Assembly: GCA_905178155.1 (NCBI GenBank)
Contig: CAJINV010000003.1
Span: 6,485,691 to 6,549,690 of the forward strand
Origin: Amoebophrya sp. A120
Taxonomy: Eukaryota > Protista > Dinoflagellata
Direction: 5' to 3'
Length of the DNA stretch: 64,000 nucleotides
Part shown: one piece after another, positions 27,591 to 41,200 of the stretch
Layout: each line of letters opens with the position of its first letter
How positions within the stretch are numbered: the first letter of the stretch is position 1
The notes under the pieces: model-generated
The model's input: only the letters and a program-made list of their open reading frames with translations
The model's database searches: none
What the model was told of the DNA's origin: nothing
Made by a program: the position numbers and the translations under genes

Positions 27591-28207
27591 CGTAGACAGA
27601 GTTTTATTATCATAGATCGTTGTCGTTTTCTATCTCTAGTTGTAATTTATTATACCAATTGTAGTAGAACTAGTGTGACGCTGGCGGAGGCTTCCCAAGA
27701 CGTGTTGAGTATTTGCAGGAAAAGCAACCGGTGTTCATTTCGATTCGACCTCGACGGTTTCCGAAATATATAATAATCCAATTCGATCACGAGTGTTGGA
27801 GTCGAGAGGCGTGCATGTGCAATTTGTGAGTAAACAGCTGGGAAACGGGGATCGTGGGAGTGTTAAAAAGCAGGCGAAATAGACAAGTAAGAAAGAAACT
27901 TGGTGACTCGCATATTTTCATCTCTCTCGCTACAGGCCGATCGCCATCGTCGTCATACCGTAAACTCGTGGTGGGGGTTTCTGTCTTAAATAAGACATTG
28001 CCCGCACTAACTCTCCTACACACACGACCAAAGAACACGTCTTGGTATCGCCAGAAGTAGGAGGCTTTCGGCGATTATGCCCGCTGGTTGACGAGTATTT
28101 TTTTAAGCATCACATCGAATCGGGTTCCTCTTCGATCGTGTCGGCGCTTTGATGGGTCCCTGGGTTTCGAAGCACACTTGATCATCCTAGATGCGGCATC
28201 GTCAAGC

Positions 28208-29170
28208 ATGAGCCGTCGCGCTTTTCTGCTCGTTGGTGCTTGGTTGTCCTCCGTGTGCTCTACGTCGGCCTCACACGATGACGTAGCGGCATCTGGAGGG
28301 ATCATCGAAGCGGTGGATGACCATTCTGGTGCTGTTGATCGACAGAGGTTCTTGCGGAACGAACACAGCGACCGGTCCCCATCGGTTTCCGTGGCACAAG
28401 AAGAAGAAATCGCTGACGTCACTCCGAATACCACTGTCCTCGGTGGAATTCCAAGAACCGATGATTATTTGCCTACCAATGCATCATCCTCATCATCCGC
28501 CACAGCTCGGCGTTTCAGGCCCCACCGAGGACCCACGGCGACCACAATACAGGCGGGCTCTTCCTCGACCAGCTCAGCAGCGGTTCCCGGTTCAGGACTT
28601 GTCCAAGGGCGACGAGCAGTCATCACGGCTTCGTCATCTATGATACGTTCGTCAGAGCTGGAGTCCGAGTGGGTGGACAACTATGAGGACCACCTGGTGG
28701 TATCTTCGAAAGGGGACCAGCAGAATGTCACAGTCGCCAGTAAGCCTAGCAGGGCTGCTACCGATGTTCTTCGCGGTTCTGCTCTTCTGCAGTTCTTGAA
28801 CGCCACCAACTGCACCGACAACGCCACAAACTGCACGAACGAAACTGCAGCCGCTCCGGCGAAGAAGACCACCGCAACGGAGGAGGAGACGCCCGGGCTC
28901 TTTCCGGAGTGGATGTCCTTCGGCAGCGCACTCGATCTCGCCAAGTTTGTCGCCACGAATGGCATGATCATTGGGCTGCTCTGTGCCGTGATTTACTTCG
29001 TGCAGACGCAGCGAGACTCTATTGTGTATGAAGACGACGTCTACGACAGTCGCGCGGGTGCGACGCAGGAGGAGATCGAAGAAAAAAGACTGGAGCGGAA
29101 GCTCCGGAAGCGAAAAGAAAAGGACGACGAAAAGATTCAGGAGGAAGTGATCGAAGAGGCGTTGCAGTGA
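28208..29170 (+). CDS. Predicted single-pass membrane glycoprotein
   Basis: Signal-like N-terminus, NATNCTDNATNCTNET sequons, hydrophobic GMIIGLLCAVIYFV, charged tail. Confidence 0.6.
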   Translation: MSRRAFLLVGAWLSSVCSTSASHDDVAASGGIIEAVDDHSGAVDRQRFLRNEHSDRSPSVSVAQEEEIADVTPNTTVLGGIPRTDDYLPTNASSSSSATARRFRPHRGPTATTIQAGSSSTSSAAVPGSGLVQGRRAVITASSSMIRSSELESEWVDNYEDHLVVSSKGDQQNVTVASKPSRAATDVLRGSALLQFLNATNCTDNATNCTNETAAAPAKKTTATEEETPGLFPEWMSFGSALDLAKFVATNGMIIGLLCAVIYFVQTQRDSIVYEDDVYDSRAGATQEEIEEKRLERKLRKRKEKDDEKIQEEVIEEALQ

Positions 29171-29550
29171 CAACCTGGCGGTGATATTATTACGTGCAGC
29201 TCAGGGTTCGTTTCGTAACGCGGTCTGATTTTTGAACTTGCTGCAGTTTCTCAGCGGCTCTTCTGGTGGAGCATAAGCGAGTCCACCGTGCGACCGTGTC
29301 TTGGTCAGTGGAGGCATAGCTTTGTGTTCGACGTAGATCATCTACTGCGTTCTGTAATCAGAGTGCGCGACGAAGACTATGATCTACTGCGCCAGCATTC
29401 TCCTGGCGAGGTGCAGAGTGATAGTGTCTTTGTCGTGTGCTCATCGTATATCGAACCGAAAGTAAGCCGAAACGGTAGCGCAAGCGAACAAAATAAGAAC
29501 TATGGGTCGTATTCATCGGGGGTAAAAAGATCGCCGGCCGCGGCAACGTC

Positions 29551-30687
29551 ATGCGGCACAAGGCGGGCCCGGGATCGTGCGGGCAGGGAGGAGTCTGGAA
29601 GTGCATCTTCGTATCACCGTTGTTGACTTCGGTACTTGTTAATTTCCGAGAGGCGCATGGGGTGCAGTTGCGAACGAAGCCGCCGCGCGAGTACGACTAC
29701 GGCACGTACGACCATGATTTAGAGGTGTCCCCGGGGGCTGCGTCTTCCCTTGCCATTGGCTTCTTTCGAGACGCTGTTTGGAGTCGTTACGAGGGCGTTG
29801 CAAGTGACAGCGGGCCGACCGCTGCCGCGCAGCTACTACACCGCGAAAATGTGATGTTGCATGAAGGTGCTGATCCCCAGTTACCCAGTAGTGAGAACAA
29901 GTTGGATCCACCCCTCGATGCGACGTCATCCTTTTTGGCGGTGTTTTATTCCCACACCTGTCCCGATTGTCGGAATTTTCGCCCAGTCTGGAATCGTCTA
30001 CGCGGGGAAGTGCCGCAAAATCTCACTCTCGTTGCAGTGGAGGACCCCGAGTACGCCGCACCGGGTCCCTTTCGGCACTTCGAGATACCCGCAGTATTTC
30101 GTGTCGAAGTCGCAAAAAGTCGAGTACTAGCAGCGGACACGCCAACAACTACTATCGGCGCAGGAAACTTCGACGGGACCACGACTCGATCGCGGGCTGA
30201 AGATCGTCACTCGCTGAAGGTCAAGGTCACAAAGTTTCCAATGGCTGCCTTGGGGGACTTTCTGGAACACAAAAAATCGGCTGACCGGATGCTTGCGGAG
30301 CTGGTGGGATTTGTTTCGCCCTCTGTGACCGCGTACGGCCTGTCTAAACGCAACGACGGCCGCCGCGGAAAGGAAACGAAGGGTACTGATGGTGATGCGG
30401 GCACACTGCTTGCGGTTTTGGCGGCGCACCCTGGGCAGGAGCTCGGCGTTTTGCACTCTCCTGACTTTCGAGATACTGCGCTGGCTATTAGAGGGAAAGA
30501 TGCCCTGCCTCCGGAGGTGTGTTTCACGCAAAAAGAAGTTTTTAACGACGAACAAAAACTTTTACGTTTATGTTGCATGAAAGGAGAAATGCCTCCCTCT
30601 TTTACACGACGAGTGTATGCCGCTCTTGCTGGGAGATTCTGCATGTACAGATATGCGCTATTGCGCATTGCAAGCGTGTGCTGCTGA
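29551..30687 (+). CDS. Thioredoxin-fold (PDI-like) protein with CPDC active site
   Basis: FLAVFYSHTCPDCRNFRPVWNRL motif; hydrophobic N-terminal segment. Confidence 0.7.
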   Translation: MRHKAGPGSCGQGGVWKCIFVSPLLTSVLVNFREAHGVQLRTKPPREYDYGTYDHDLEVSPGAASSLAIGFFRDAVWSRYEGVASDSGPTAAAQLLHRENVMLHEGADPQLPSSENKLDPPLDATSSFLAVFYSHTCPDCRNFRPVWNRLRGEVPQNLTLVAVEDPEYAAPGPFRHFEIPAVFRVEVAKSRVLAADTPTTTIGAGNFDGTTTRSRAEDRHSLKVKVTKFPMAALGDFLEHKKSADRMLAELVGFVSPSVTAYGLSKRNDGRRGKETKGTDGDAGTLLAVLAAHPGQELGVLHSPDFRDTALAIRGKDALPPEVCFTQKEVFNDEQKLLRLCCMKGEMPPSFTRRVYAALAGRFCMYRYALLRIASVCC

Positions 30688-31704
30688 TGCGCTGGGTAGA
30701 ACGCATTGAAACCGCGTACTGCTGACGCATGGATAAATCATGTTTAATTCTGTTTTTCCGGTTGGGGCTTGCTATTGCTTCGGTTGAATGGCCTGGCCGC
30801 GTTCTGTGGTGGGGGCAATTTTCACTTTGGTACTCGCACAGTATCTCCTGTCGCTAAATTTGGCGACGTACTTCCAAAACGAAACAAACACTAGTCCGAA
30901 AGCGGCTAACCAAAAAATTCTCCAACTCGCCGCTGGGTTTCTGGATCGCCACCAGCTCGCTTGGCAGGGAGGTGGAAGTACCGAAATCTCATCTGTCGAC
31001 ATTTCACAACCACCTACGGATCATCCGAATAAATAAAATGAATACATTGACATTGAGCAAATTAGTTTTTTCCATGTGGGTGTATACTTAATCGATCGAT
31101 TGTTTGATGATGTGAGGACGAATCCTTTACATTGATGAGAACCTGTGTGAACGCGTCGCCACTGTCTGTTCTGCAGGACCGTCAAGAAGGGTGGATGCAC
31201 TAGTAGGTATCGAGACACTTGTTGTCCACTGGCATGACGCATCGCAATTACTGTCGTGGCGTAGACGAGGCAAGCGCGACTGTGGTACAGATCGATACCC
31301 GCTTCTCCTTGGATTACCCAAATCGTCATCTTCGTTATCGGGTTTTTAATCGACATCAAAAAGTGAAAAGGTCGTCGTCGTCCGCCTTTAGCTACAACTG
31401 TGCCTCGTTAACTAAGGCATTTCCATTTGTATCGCTCGTTTTGTGCATTCGAAGAATCGATTGTTTGCAAGAACGAGTTGTCTTCGTCGATATCTTGATC
31501 TTTGTCCTCTTATCGAACTTAGAAGAGCATGCGGTCGTGTTTGGCTAAACACGAGCGTATGCTCGAAAAAATACGGACAAAAGTGCGACTAGTACGGGAG
31601 CACGCACGGTGCCATTTTTTTGAGTGTTCAATTCGCATCGAGGCGTGTAAGAGGTCGTTTTTCGTTGTGAGTGCTCGACAAACGAGCGTCTTTTTAGGGA
31701 ATGG

Positions 31705-31861
31705 TAGGAAAGTACGAAGGTGCAGCCACGGATGCGCTGTAGATTCAGGCAGCTAAAAGCCGCATCACATGCAGGCCTTAGGAGAGTACGAAGGTGCAGC
31801 CACGGTTGCGCTGTAGATTCAGGCAGCTAAAAGCCGCATCACATCCACATGCAGGCCTCAG
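31705..31861. repeat. 74-bp tandem duplication
   Basis: TAGGARAGTACGAAGGTGCAGCCACGG...GCAGGCCT occurs at 31705 and 31779. Confidence 0.9.
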
Positions 31862-32255
31862 GGCGCTGGAAGTAGAAAGTAGGCGTTGGCGGGAAAAAAT
31901 AGTCAGGGGGCCCGATTACGTAGAGCGAGGTGTCGTCGTGCTTCACTAGACCAGGAGTGAGTCGATGTTTGCAACATTCCATGCTGGCATCCGTCCCGCT
32001 TTATTCTTAGTAGATCGACATCGACGTCGTGCTATACAGTGGTGAGCCTTAGAAAAGTTCAATATCCGCGTTCTTGGTAATACATCTTCAATTTCGACGT
32101 GCGTTTTGACGGTCAGCAAGTGCAAGGGTCCTTTCTTTGTTTTTTGCTACTGCCGGGACCGCGACGGCACGTAGAAGATGATGCCTCAGGACTTTTTAAC
32201 GAGAGCACGCTGAGCTGGAGCAAGTTGGGGTGAGGCCTACTAACTTCCAGCAGAG

Positions 32256-35200
32256 ATGCCGCTCACGCGGAAAGACCGGACGCACCACACCGGTGCGTCG
32301 AACCGGGAGACGCACTGGAAGCCGATCAAGGGCGTGCCCACCGACTTCGATGGGACGATGCGAAGTACGCTCCCGCGGGAGTACAAGTACCATCTGAGCC
32401 GAAACGCGCCGCTCATGCAGCTGTCCGGGGAAGCGAACACGGATTTCGAACAGACGCTGGCGGGGGCGGGCTACCGCAAGGGCGAGACCCTGACCGACAC
32501 CCAAACAGAGCTGTTCAACCAGACCCGGGACCTGAAGCTGTCCGCTAATCTAGCCACGCGGCAAAGAGTACTGGAGGACAGTTTCAAGCCACAGGCGTCG
32601 GCGGGCGGCGAGAACGCCGACGCACTGGATTCGTCGCAGAAAATGCCGGACGTGCTGCCGTCTTTCCTCAGCTGCCGCGAGAAGCAAAAGCTGCCGCTTG
32701 GCAGCGAGCTACTCCCCAGCTCTCCATCCAAGATTTCAGCTCCGAAAATCGAGTCCATGAAGGCAGTTGCCCCGAAATTGCCTCACGACAAAGCACAAAA
32801 GCTGCTACCGGCACTGCAGGTAAATTCTTTGTTGGCATGAAAAATTAATATATCTTCTATTAATTCATACATTCACCTGCCAATGCCACTCTTTTTTTAG
32901 ATTTCACTGAGCTTTTTTGGCTTTTCTTTGTCTTTTTGCCGGAGTGACAGATGATTCGTCGTGTCTGGTTGTGTAGGCAAGAAAGTGAACTTGAGTGTTG
33001 TAATTTGTCAAAGAAATAGGATCGATTCAACATCAACTCGATAAACAGAAAAAAGCTACCATGCGTAAGTCTTCAATACAAAGTACACCTAAACGCTGCC
33101 TCAGGTTGGGCATCATGTCTTGCCAGGGACTGTGCAGAGTTTGCCGCGATGGAACGCGCGCAGTTGGTGGGAGCCTCTGGCTTTAGAGATGCAGCCGAAA
33201 ATCAAAGACTACGAAGCTTCCTGTGTTTGGAATGACATGGACTCCCACTACCTAAAACGCAGGAAAGGTCAGGACTACCTGTTTCGGGCCACGCGAACAC
33301 AAGCGGAGGCCGATGCAGAGAACGAAGAGGCAGCGAAGCGAGACCTCAACCGGTTGGAAGAATACTACCCGAGGCGTATCCGGAGTAAAAATGTACCCAC
33401 CTCCAGAGTTGTCATGCATAATTTGCATTAGCATTGCCAGAACATGAACATGTCTCATGCGGTTCCCCATGAGAGGTATTTTCGAGTCGTATTTTGAAAT
33501 TTGTCATGCGCCAATCAGCACAAGAGACAACCATGCGGAGCGGGTACTACTAGCTCAACACGACTACAACAATGTGGAGCAGAATTAGGCATGCGTGATT
33601 CCCAGAAGTTGTTCACTTGTGTAGCAGAAATTGCAAATCTTGACCACCACTATGGGTTGGTGCGTTTTTACACAGGAGAAGGCGCGAGTTGGTGGACTCC
33701 GTGAAGCGGCTGGAGCCCGGAAACGACACGCAGGTGCGACCGGTTTATCTGCCCGATTTCGCTTACCTGCTCCCTGGCCGTACCAACGCCGAAATGAAAG
33801 CCCGCGTCGAGCGTCTCCGCGGTGTGCTCAGACAAAAGTAATTCTTGACGACTTCTTTGCGCGTGTCGATGTCGTTCACGATATGATGCGGTTGATGATG
33901 CGATCGCGTTTCCTTTTACAAAGAAGTACGAAAGAGAAGAAAAGACACAACGAACTGTCACACTACAGTGAACACACACGACAAGAATGAATTTGATTTT
34001 TTTTTCGTCTCAGATACGGTGGTCGACCAGGACTGAACAAGGTCTTTCGAGCGTTTGCCAACGTGAAGCCGGGGTTCCTCCTGCCAAAAGACTTCCACAA
34101 CGTTCTGGACAGCATGGGCATAAAAACAGAGATGCGCGAATGCGAACTACTCATCCAAGCCGTGGATCGCACGGAGAAAGGAGCCATCACATTTTATCGT
34201 AAGGTAAAATCCCCCCTCCCCATATTGAAAAGGTATGTTTTCGAAAATTTGCGTAGCTGATTTGAGGTCACAAATCACATCTGTGTTGCAAGAAGAGAAC
34301 GGCAGAAGCTTCCGCCCCATTATGGAAGCGGTTTGTCATGCTGTTGAGCCAACATCAAGGACGCTTCTCATGCTAAGCGCCTAACTCAAAGCATCTCTGC
34401 TCAGGCTTGATATGGGTCTGCAGTCCTCTCTAGCAAGACAGATTTGATTTGTGTACTCAAATACAGCAACACACATTCCGCTTTCGATATGGGGAAGGGG
34501 GATTTTTCCTCACAATACATTTGAAGAGTTTGCAGATCTGGTAAGCTTATAATAATAACTATTCAGAAATGAGTCATGGGTGGCCTATATATATAATCTA
34601 TAGGGGGCCTCTTAGAAAATTTTTCTAAGAGAAATTGCTTAGGCGGTACCACTTAAGAGAGCTCCTTAAGAGAGCTCCTTAAGGGAGCGCCTTAAGAAGC
34701 TTCCTCAAGGAGCTTCCTGCAGGACGGAGATAGCTTGCTTCAGGAAACAGCTCGAGCCGTGCCCGTTCTCGCTGTCGCTGCGAAAATGTGACTGGCAGCA
34801 GCTAGCGGCCATCGCTTTATTTTGGCGAGCGAAAAAAGTGCGACGCTACGCTTTCACTGACTCGGGCAAAATGATGACCAGAGGTGAGGGGCGAGCGTGA
34901 GGCGACGAGTGGCGTGAGGGCATGAGATTTNNNNNNNNNNNNNNNNNNNNNNNNNNNNNNNNNNNNNNNNNNNNNNNNNNNNNNNNNNNNNNNNNNNNNN
35001 NNNNNNNNNNNNNNNNNNNNNNNNNNNNNNNNNNNNNNNNNNNNNNNNNNNNNNNNNNNNNNNNNNNNNNNNNNNNNNNNNNNNNNNNNNNNNNNNNNNN
35101 NNNNNNNNNNNNNNNNNNNNNNNNNNNNNNNNNNNNNNNNNNNNNNNNNNNNNNNNNNNNNNNNNNNNNNNNNNNNNNNNNNNNNNNNNNNNNNNNNNNN

Positions 35201-38200
35201 NNNNNNNNNNNNNNNNNNNNNNNNNNNNNNNNNNNNNNNNNNNNNNNNNNNNNNNNNNNNNNNNNNNNNNNNNNNNNNNNNNNNNNNNNNNNNNNNNNNN
35301 NNNNNNNNNNNNNNNNNNNNNNNNNNNNNNNNNNNNNNNNNNNNNNNNNNNNNNNNNNNNNNNNNNNNNNNNNNNNNNNNNNNNNNNNNNNNNNNNNNNN
35401 NNNNNNNNNNNNNNNNNNNNNNNNNNNNNNNNNNNNNNNNNNNNNNNNNNNNNNNNNNNNNNNNNNNNNNNNNNNNNNNNNNNNNTGCTCATCCAAGCCG
35501 TGGATCGCACGGAGAAAGGAGCCATCACATTTTATCGTAAGGTAAAATCCCCCCTCCCCATATTGAAAAGGTATGTTTTCGAAAATTTGCGTAGCTGATT
35601 TGAGGTCACAAATCACATCTGTGTTGCAAGAAGAGAACGGCAGAAGCTTCCGCCCCATTATGGAAGCGGTTTGTCATGCTGTTGAGCCAACATCAAGGAC
35701 GCTTCTCATGCTAAGCGCCTAACTCAAAGCATCTCTGCTCAGGCTTGATATGGGTCTGCAGTCCTCTCTAGCAAGACAGATTTGATTTGTGTACTCAAAT
35801 ACAGCAACACACATTCCGCTTTCGATATGGGGAAGGGGGATTTTTCCTCACAATACATTTGAAGAGTTTGCAGATCTGGTAAGCTTATAGCGTCTAGTAG
35901 TTCTTTTGAAGTATTGGTATTCATTTTGCTCGACAGCTGTGAACTTGTACATATCAAGTCTCTTCATGTTTGTTCTGGCACAGTTGTGGTCTAAATCGCT
36001 ACGTGTACCTACGTCTACATCGATATCCACCTGCAGTTGGTCTTGTTAATTAAAGAAGCGCTATTGTTTACTTCACGACGAGTGGCATTCTTTATTTCGC
36101 GCTGATATGCGATATACCAGATTTACTCGCCACTGATCGAAGTGGGACGGGGGGCAGAGGACGCGGTGGAAAGGCACACGCAGGCAATCACGCAGAACAT
36201 TCTGGATATCTTGGTGGAGCGGGGTCCTTACCTCGGGAAAGCATTCTGTGACGTGGACCCCGATCGAAACTACTTCATCAGCAAAGAGCAGTTTACCAAT
36301 GCTCTGGGAACCGCCTGCAACCACCTCTCGGACCAGGCCATTGACTTTTTGTGGGCCGCACAGTTCCCGATTTCGGGCAACAACGAGGACGTAAACGCCA
36401 TGTCTGCCGTTATCGAGAGCCAGCTTCCTGCCGTTGCGCCGATCGCCGTAGAAAGTGGAGACAGGCAAGCAACAGAAGCGGCGCCAAGTATACTGTTGTT
36501 TGACCGGCCCTTCCGATATGAAAAAGTGAAGACACGCGAATAAATGCACGACAACATCGGGTCTGTTCATCATCTCTTTGTAGGAAGCGTAGGAGTGCAA
36601 GCGCTTCATTTTCTCGGCTGCTACTTACTCAAGCTATTTTCATTTTGTTGGTTGCCTGAGCGTGTGCGTTGTTCTTATTCTTTTTCTTTGGTGATACGCG
36701 CACCGTAGCTAGAATTTTGGTACGTCCTCCACTTCAGGGCTTTGCAACGGATAGGATAAGACATGAATCGTAAAAATTCAGGGCCATCTACTGTGGAAGT
36801 CGGAACACAAGGGTCGTCCCCTTCCAAGGTGCCACCGGAGGAACGTCTGGAGATGCATTTCACTACGCAGACAAAGGCCTTCGACAAAAAGGAGAAAGCT
36901 GCGTACGACGCGAGGCAGGAGAAACGGAGGCAAAAGATGCGCGAACAGAAGCTGCCGGCAAATCCCTACCGCGATAAAATCGACTGGACGCTGTTTATGA
37001 AGCAGCTTACCGATTACGTGATGAGCATGAGACCCATGACCCCGGTTTACTACCAGGTTCGTATCTATATATTCCTAGTTTTCATTTTGAAGCCGTCGCT
37101 AATCGTGCATGTGCTGTTATTTCTCGCCCATTTTTCTGCAGTAGATGTGGTTGTGGATGTGTTTGGAAAGGGGAGTAGAGCGAAAATAGAATCCTAGAAT
37201 TGTATCAGGGAGGAGATGCGAACTTCGCTATAGAAAAAAGTGACAGTGAGCAAAGTAAGACGATTCTTCATCTTCTACGAAGGCCTTTTACAATCTTTTC
37301 CAACACTGACAGGGCAAAAAGCGGCACTATGATTTGGTCCAGCGGACCGCGGCGCTGACGGGTGGCAACATCCCCGAGCTCGATCTGAATCGGCCGAACA
37401 TGGACGCAAAAACGCAGATACAGATTGTCGCGGACAAACTCGTGATGAAGGAGCGCAATCTATCCAACATGCCTTCCGAGGCCGCGATGCAAACTGTCAA
37501 CTACAACGAGGTTATCCGCACCAAGGCCTACGCGGCACGGCGGGCCATCTATCACAATATATCCAAAGATCGCTTCAAGTACCTCTGCAACAATTACGAG
37601 CAAATACCGAGGCAGGTGATGATAGACATTCTGTTCAACGAGATCGAAAACCCGGGCAGTCAGCGGCCCTACGTCAGACCAGGTACACCTTTTCTTTGTT
37701 GTACTCATCACGACGTGGAGGTGCTACACGCACGCTTCATTCTTGTTGGACGAAAATTTAAGAAGGTCTTCTGCTTTGTCTTCGTGCTCCGTGGCAGGAG
37801 TAGACCACAGAAGTACGGAGGCGTCTATGCAAAAAACTTACGAAGGAAATAGCACCAGGCTAATCCCCGTGAGATTTATTTCACTTATTTGGACCACATG
37901 AATTATCCCAGGGGGCTCACTTCCCGACGGCTACCAGTCTCCGCGCGCCGAGGTTCCCGAAATCGAGCGTGTCCGCTATAACCTGCCGAGGTGTTACAAT
38001 CTCAAGCGTTACAATAGAATATGGAAATCTGTGAGGCAAGAGTGCAGGTGGATCTAGCCTACTCCCAGAGCATTGCGCATGACAAGTTCTCGAGTCCCAA
38101 ACCGCGCTACACTCTAGCGAAATTTCCATTGCAGAAAATGGAACACTCTGCGAGTCTGTCTTCATGCTCATGATGCAAAACAAAATCCAGACTCTATTGC

Positions 38201-41200
38201 AAGGCGTGCGATTGTAACACCTGAGGAAGCCATATCCGCGACCCCGAACACGTTGCAGAAATCGCGAAGGCCGTTTACGGTCCAACGGTTCTGGAGCCGA
38301 AGGGCCGCAACAAGAAAGCGGCACACATACTCTGCCAACCCGCTGACATAGAAGCTTGGGTACTATTATCTAAGAGAGTGTCTAGCAGCTTTCTTGACGT
38401 TTTCGTTAAAGAATGTTGCAATGATTTTTTGGGCGGAAGATGGTGGCTAGTGCAAGGCTGAGCCTTTGTCGTAGATGAACTCGTACTAGTACAGGAGCAG
38501 CAGCGGCCAACAAGCAGCTGTACTGATAGTTTCTTTGTGTGTGAAGTTCTCATCACGGTGCACGTTGGAATGAAGTGCCTACTCGGCGAGCATTTTCTCT
38601 TTCGTCAGACATACAGATAAATTTAACTGCTAGGTTGGGTGCGAGTTCGGAAACAATGGCGATATGGTGGCACCGGTGCGTGCGTGGAACTTGATCGAAA
38701 AGCAGAATGAGGACCTGTTGCTATCGGCTGCAAGCACGTCTGGATCTGGATGGAAGCACGCAACTTGCGTCGCAGATTTTGACATGGCAGTAGAATGTTC
38801 TGCTGTTGTTGTACAGCAATAGGTCATGACAAGGCTCTCCAGCTTTACTGCAGATTTCTTCGTAAATCGCATGTGCATCCGGATCCGCATGACGAAGTGC
38901 CCTCCGCCACGATAAAAAAACTCGCCTTTCATGTTCTTTCACCATAGGGCTCCTGATTGACTTTTAAAGTTTGAATCACAAATCCAGATCCAGCCATATT
39001 CGCAATGCATAGCTTGCGCAGTTCGACGATTCGAAGGACGGCTTAAACAGGGCACTGCGGCAGTTGCGGCCGCTTCGGCAGCGGCCAAAGGACAGTAGTC
39101 TCGACGAGGTCGAGCGCAAGCGATTGGAGACCGAGGACGCTGGCGAGGCACGGACCTCAGCGTCCTCCACACAGGACAGGCGTCGTGAGAAAGAGGAGGC
39201 GGCAATGCAGTATCAGGAAGACCTACAGCCCGAACCCGCCTACCGAAACTATTGGCAGGTAGATGGCGGCTTAGCTTTATCTTCAAGGAGACGTCGTGTT
39301 GCGATTCTAGACCCAGACCCTGTAGTCCCTGAGTGGACCGGAGGGAGGGTGCCACCGTTGGGGTGCGCGGCGTCAGAATCTATCATGCGTCGAAATGTGT
39401 AAATGTAATATGGATAAATATTCTTTGTGACGTACTTCTGTTCTGCATCAGCGAGTTGGAGGATAAGAATGCATGACAAAAATTAGGCCCGGTTTGTGAT
39501 GGAGCTGATTGCGGATGGATTGGAAAAAATGGAGAATGGTGCGAGCGGCAAGTTACGTTCGTACAAAGCGTTCAAGCGACTGGACCACGACAACGACAAT
39601 TACATCACGCTGAACGACTTAGAAAGATCTTTCCAGCAGTTCAAAATTTCGTACACGCCCGAGGACGTGCACGCCGTCTTCTCGGAGCTCGACACTGCGG
39701 ATCGCGGATCTGTCGGTATCGGGCAATTTAGCCGGAGGTAATGCCACAGAGATATTCGGTCATGGACCTGGTGTAATCCTAGAGTAGGTATATGAAAAGA
39801 GCAGTTTTTGATTGTGAATCTGTAGACGAACAACTCCACTTTGTCCACAGCAAAAAGAAAATGAACTACGCGCACTTGTTGGACCTGTGGCGCAATGTCG
39901 TTCAAACAACCTTGATGCCCGCTGGATGCATTTGTATCAGCTGCAGATTGAATTTGAATTTCGTCGATAGAAAAACTTCAGTTACTTTTGAAACATGAAT
40001 ATTACAATCAGGTTTCTTACTTTCCAAGGGAGTCTGCTTGATAACATGCAAAAACCAATCGCGATGGCGGCGTTTGATGGGACTTACCAAGAGAAAAAAA
40101 TCCGCCCCGAAATACTCAAAAGAAGACTTTGTATCATGCTGGATCTGTTGCAACAGGTCAGGATTACTGCAACAAGTTCTCACTGCAAAGAGGCAACACC
40201 GCAGGGCTTCTGTAGCACCACTCTATGTAGAAGTAGGTAATTCCTGAGCCTGACTTATAATTATTCGCGGCTGTCCGTCGCTGTTTGCTCGGCAAAAAAT
40301 AACAATAAGCCATGCCCTACTGCTAGACCGCGTCATTCTCTCGCAGGCTAAGAATGGGTCTGCGTTGCCTTTTCAATCGTCAGAGCGGTGCAGTGTATGT
40401 ATACAAAAAGAAAATACAACCAGGCTAACCGGGGGCATTCATAATTCTTGCGAGTGTGCAGGGGTGGGCCATGGATTTTTTCCCACGATAGACCAGCGCC
40501 CTACCGCGTAGGTCCGGTGGTGGAGCGGGAACGGGCCGAGGCAGCAAAGCGCGGCGACGGGCTCCAGGTGGTCGACCAGCCGATGGATGCGATGGGATCT
40601 GACCCAGGGGAAGTAGGGACGACACCCGTTGCTGCGGCAGATCCGGGACAAACCGAAGCCGGGCCGGACCAGCGAGAAGAACCGGTATCACAGCAGCACG
40701 AAGTAGAACAAGCCGCTGCGCCGTCTTCCCAGCGTTCTGCCGCGAATGCGGACAACAGTCCCGTTTCCGTGACGGAGTCTGCGCCCGCACCGGCGCCGTA
40801 CGAGCAGGGAGCCTTACCGGAAGACGACGCCGCGATCTATCCAGGCGAGCCACCCTTCACGGGGCGTTCCTCGCGAGCGGGCGACTATCGGATGAAACCC
40901 CCGCGGTACAGCATGCTGGGGCGGCGTTACGGCAGCATCACGCAGGTGATCAAGGCGCGTACGGATCGGTGGAAGGCCAAGAAGCACGAACTGTACACCA
41001 CGCTGCCCCCGTAGCCCTGGGAAAAACAGTTTCACTGTGAAGCTATAATGTAAACGACGAGTGTAGCACTCAAAAGGTTTTATTTGTTTTGCCAGACAGT
41101 ATCTCGCCCACCTAGAGGCGAGCGCACATGTTGTTTTGCCAGGACTGCAAGAAAGGGCATTAATTTTATTGCACGCGTCTCCTCCTAGGGAGCGCGCGCG

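Noticed and set aside
34846-35658. Long ORFs spanning the gap
   Set aside because: Artefacts of translating N
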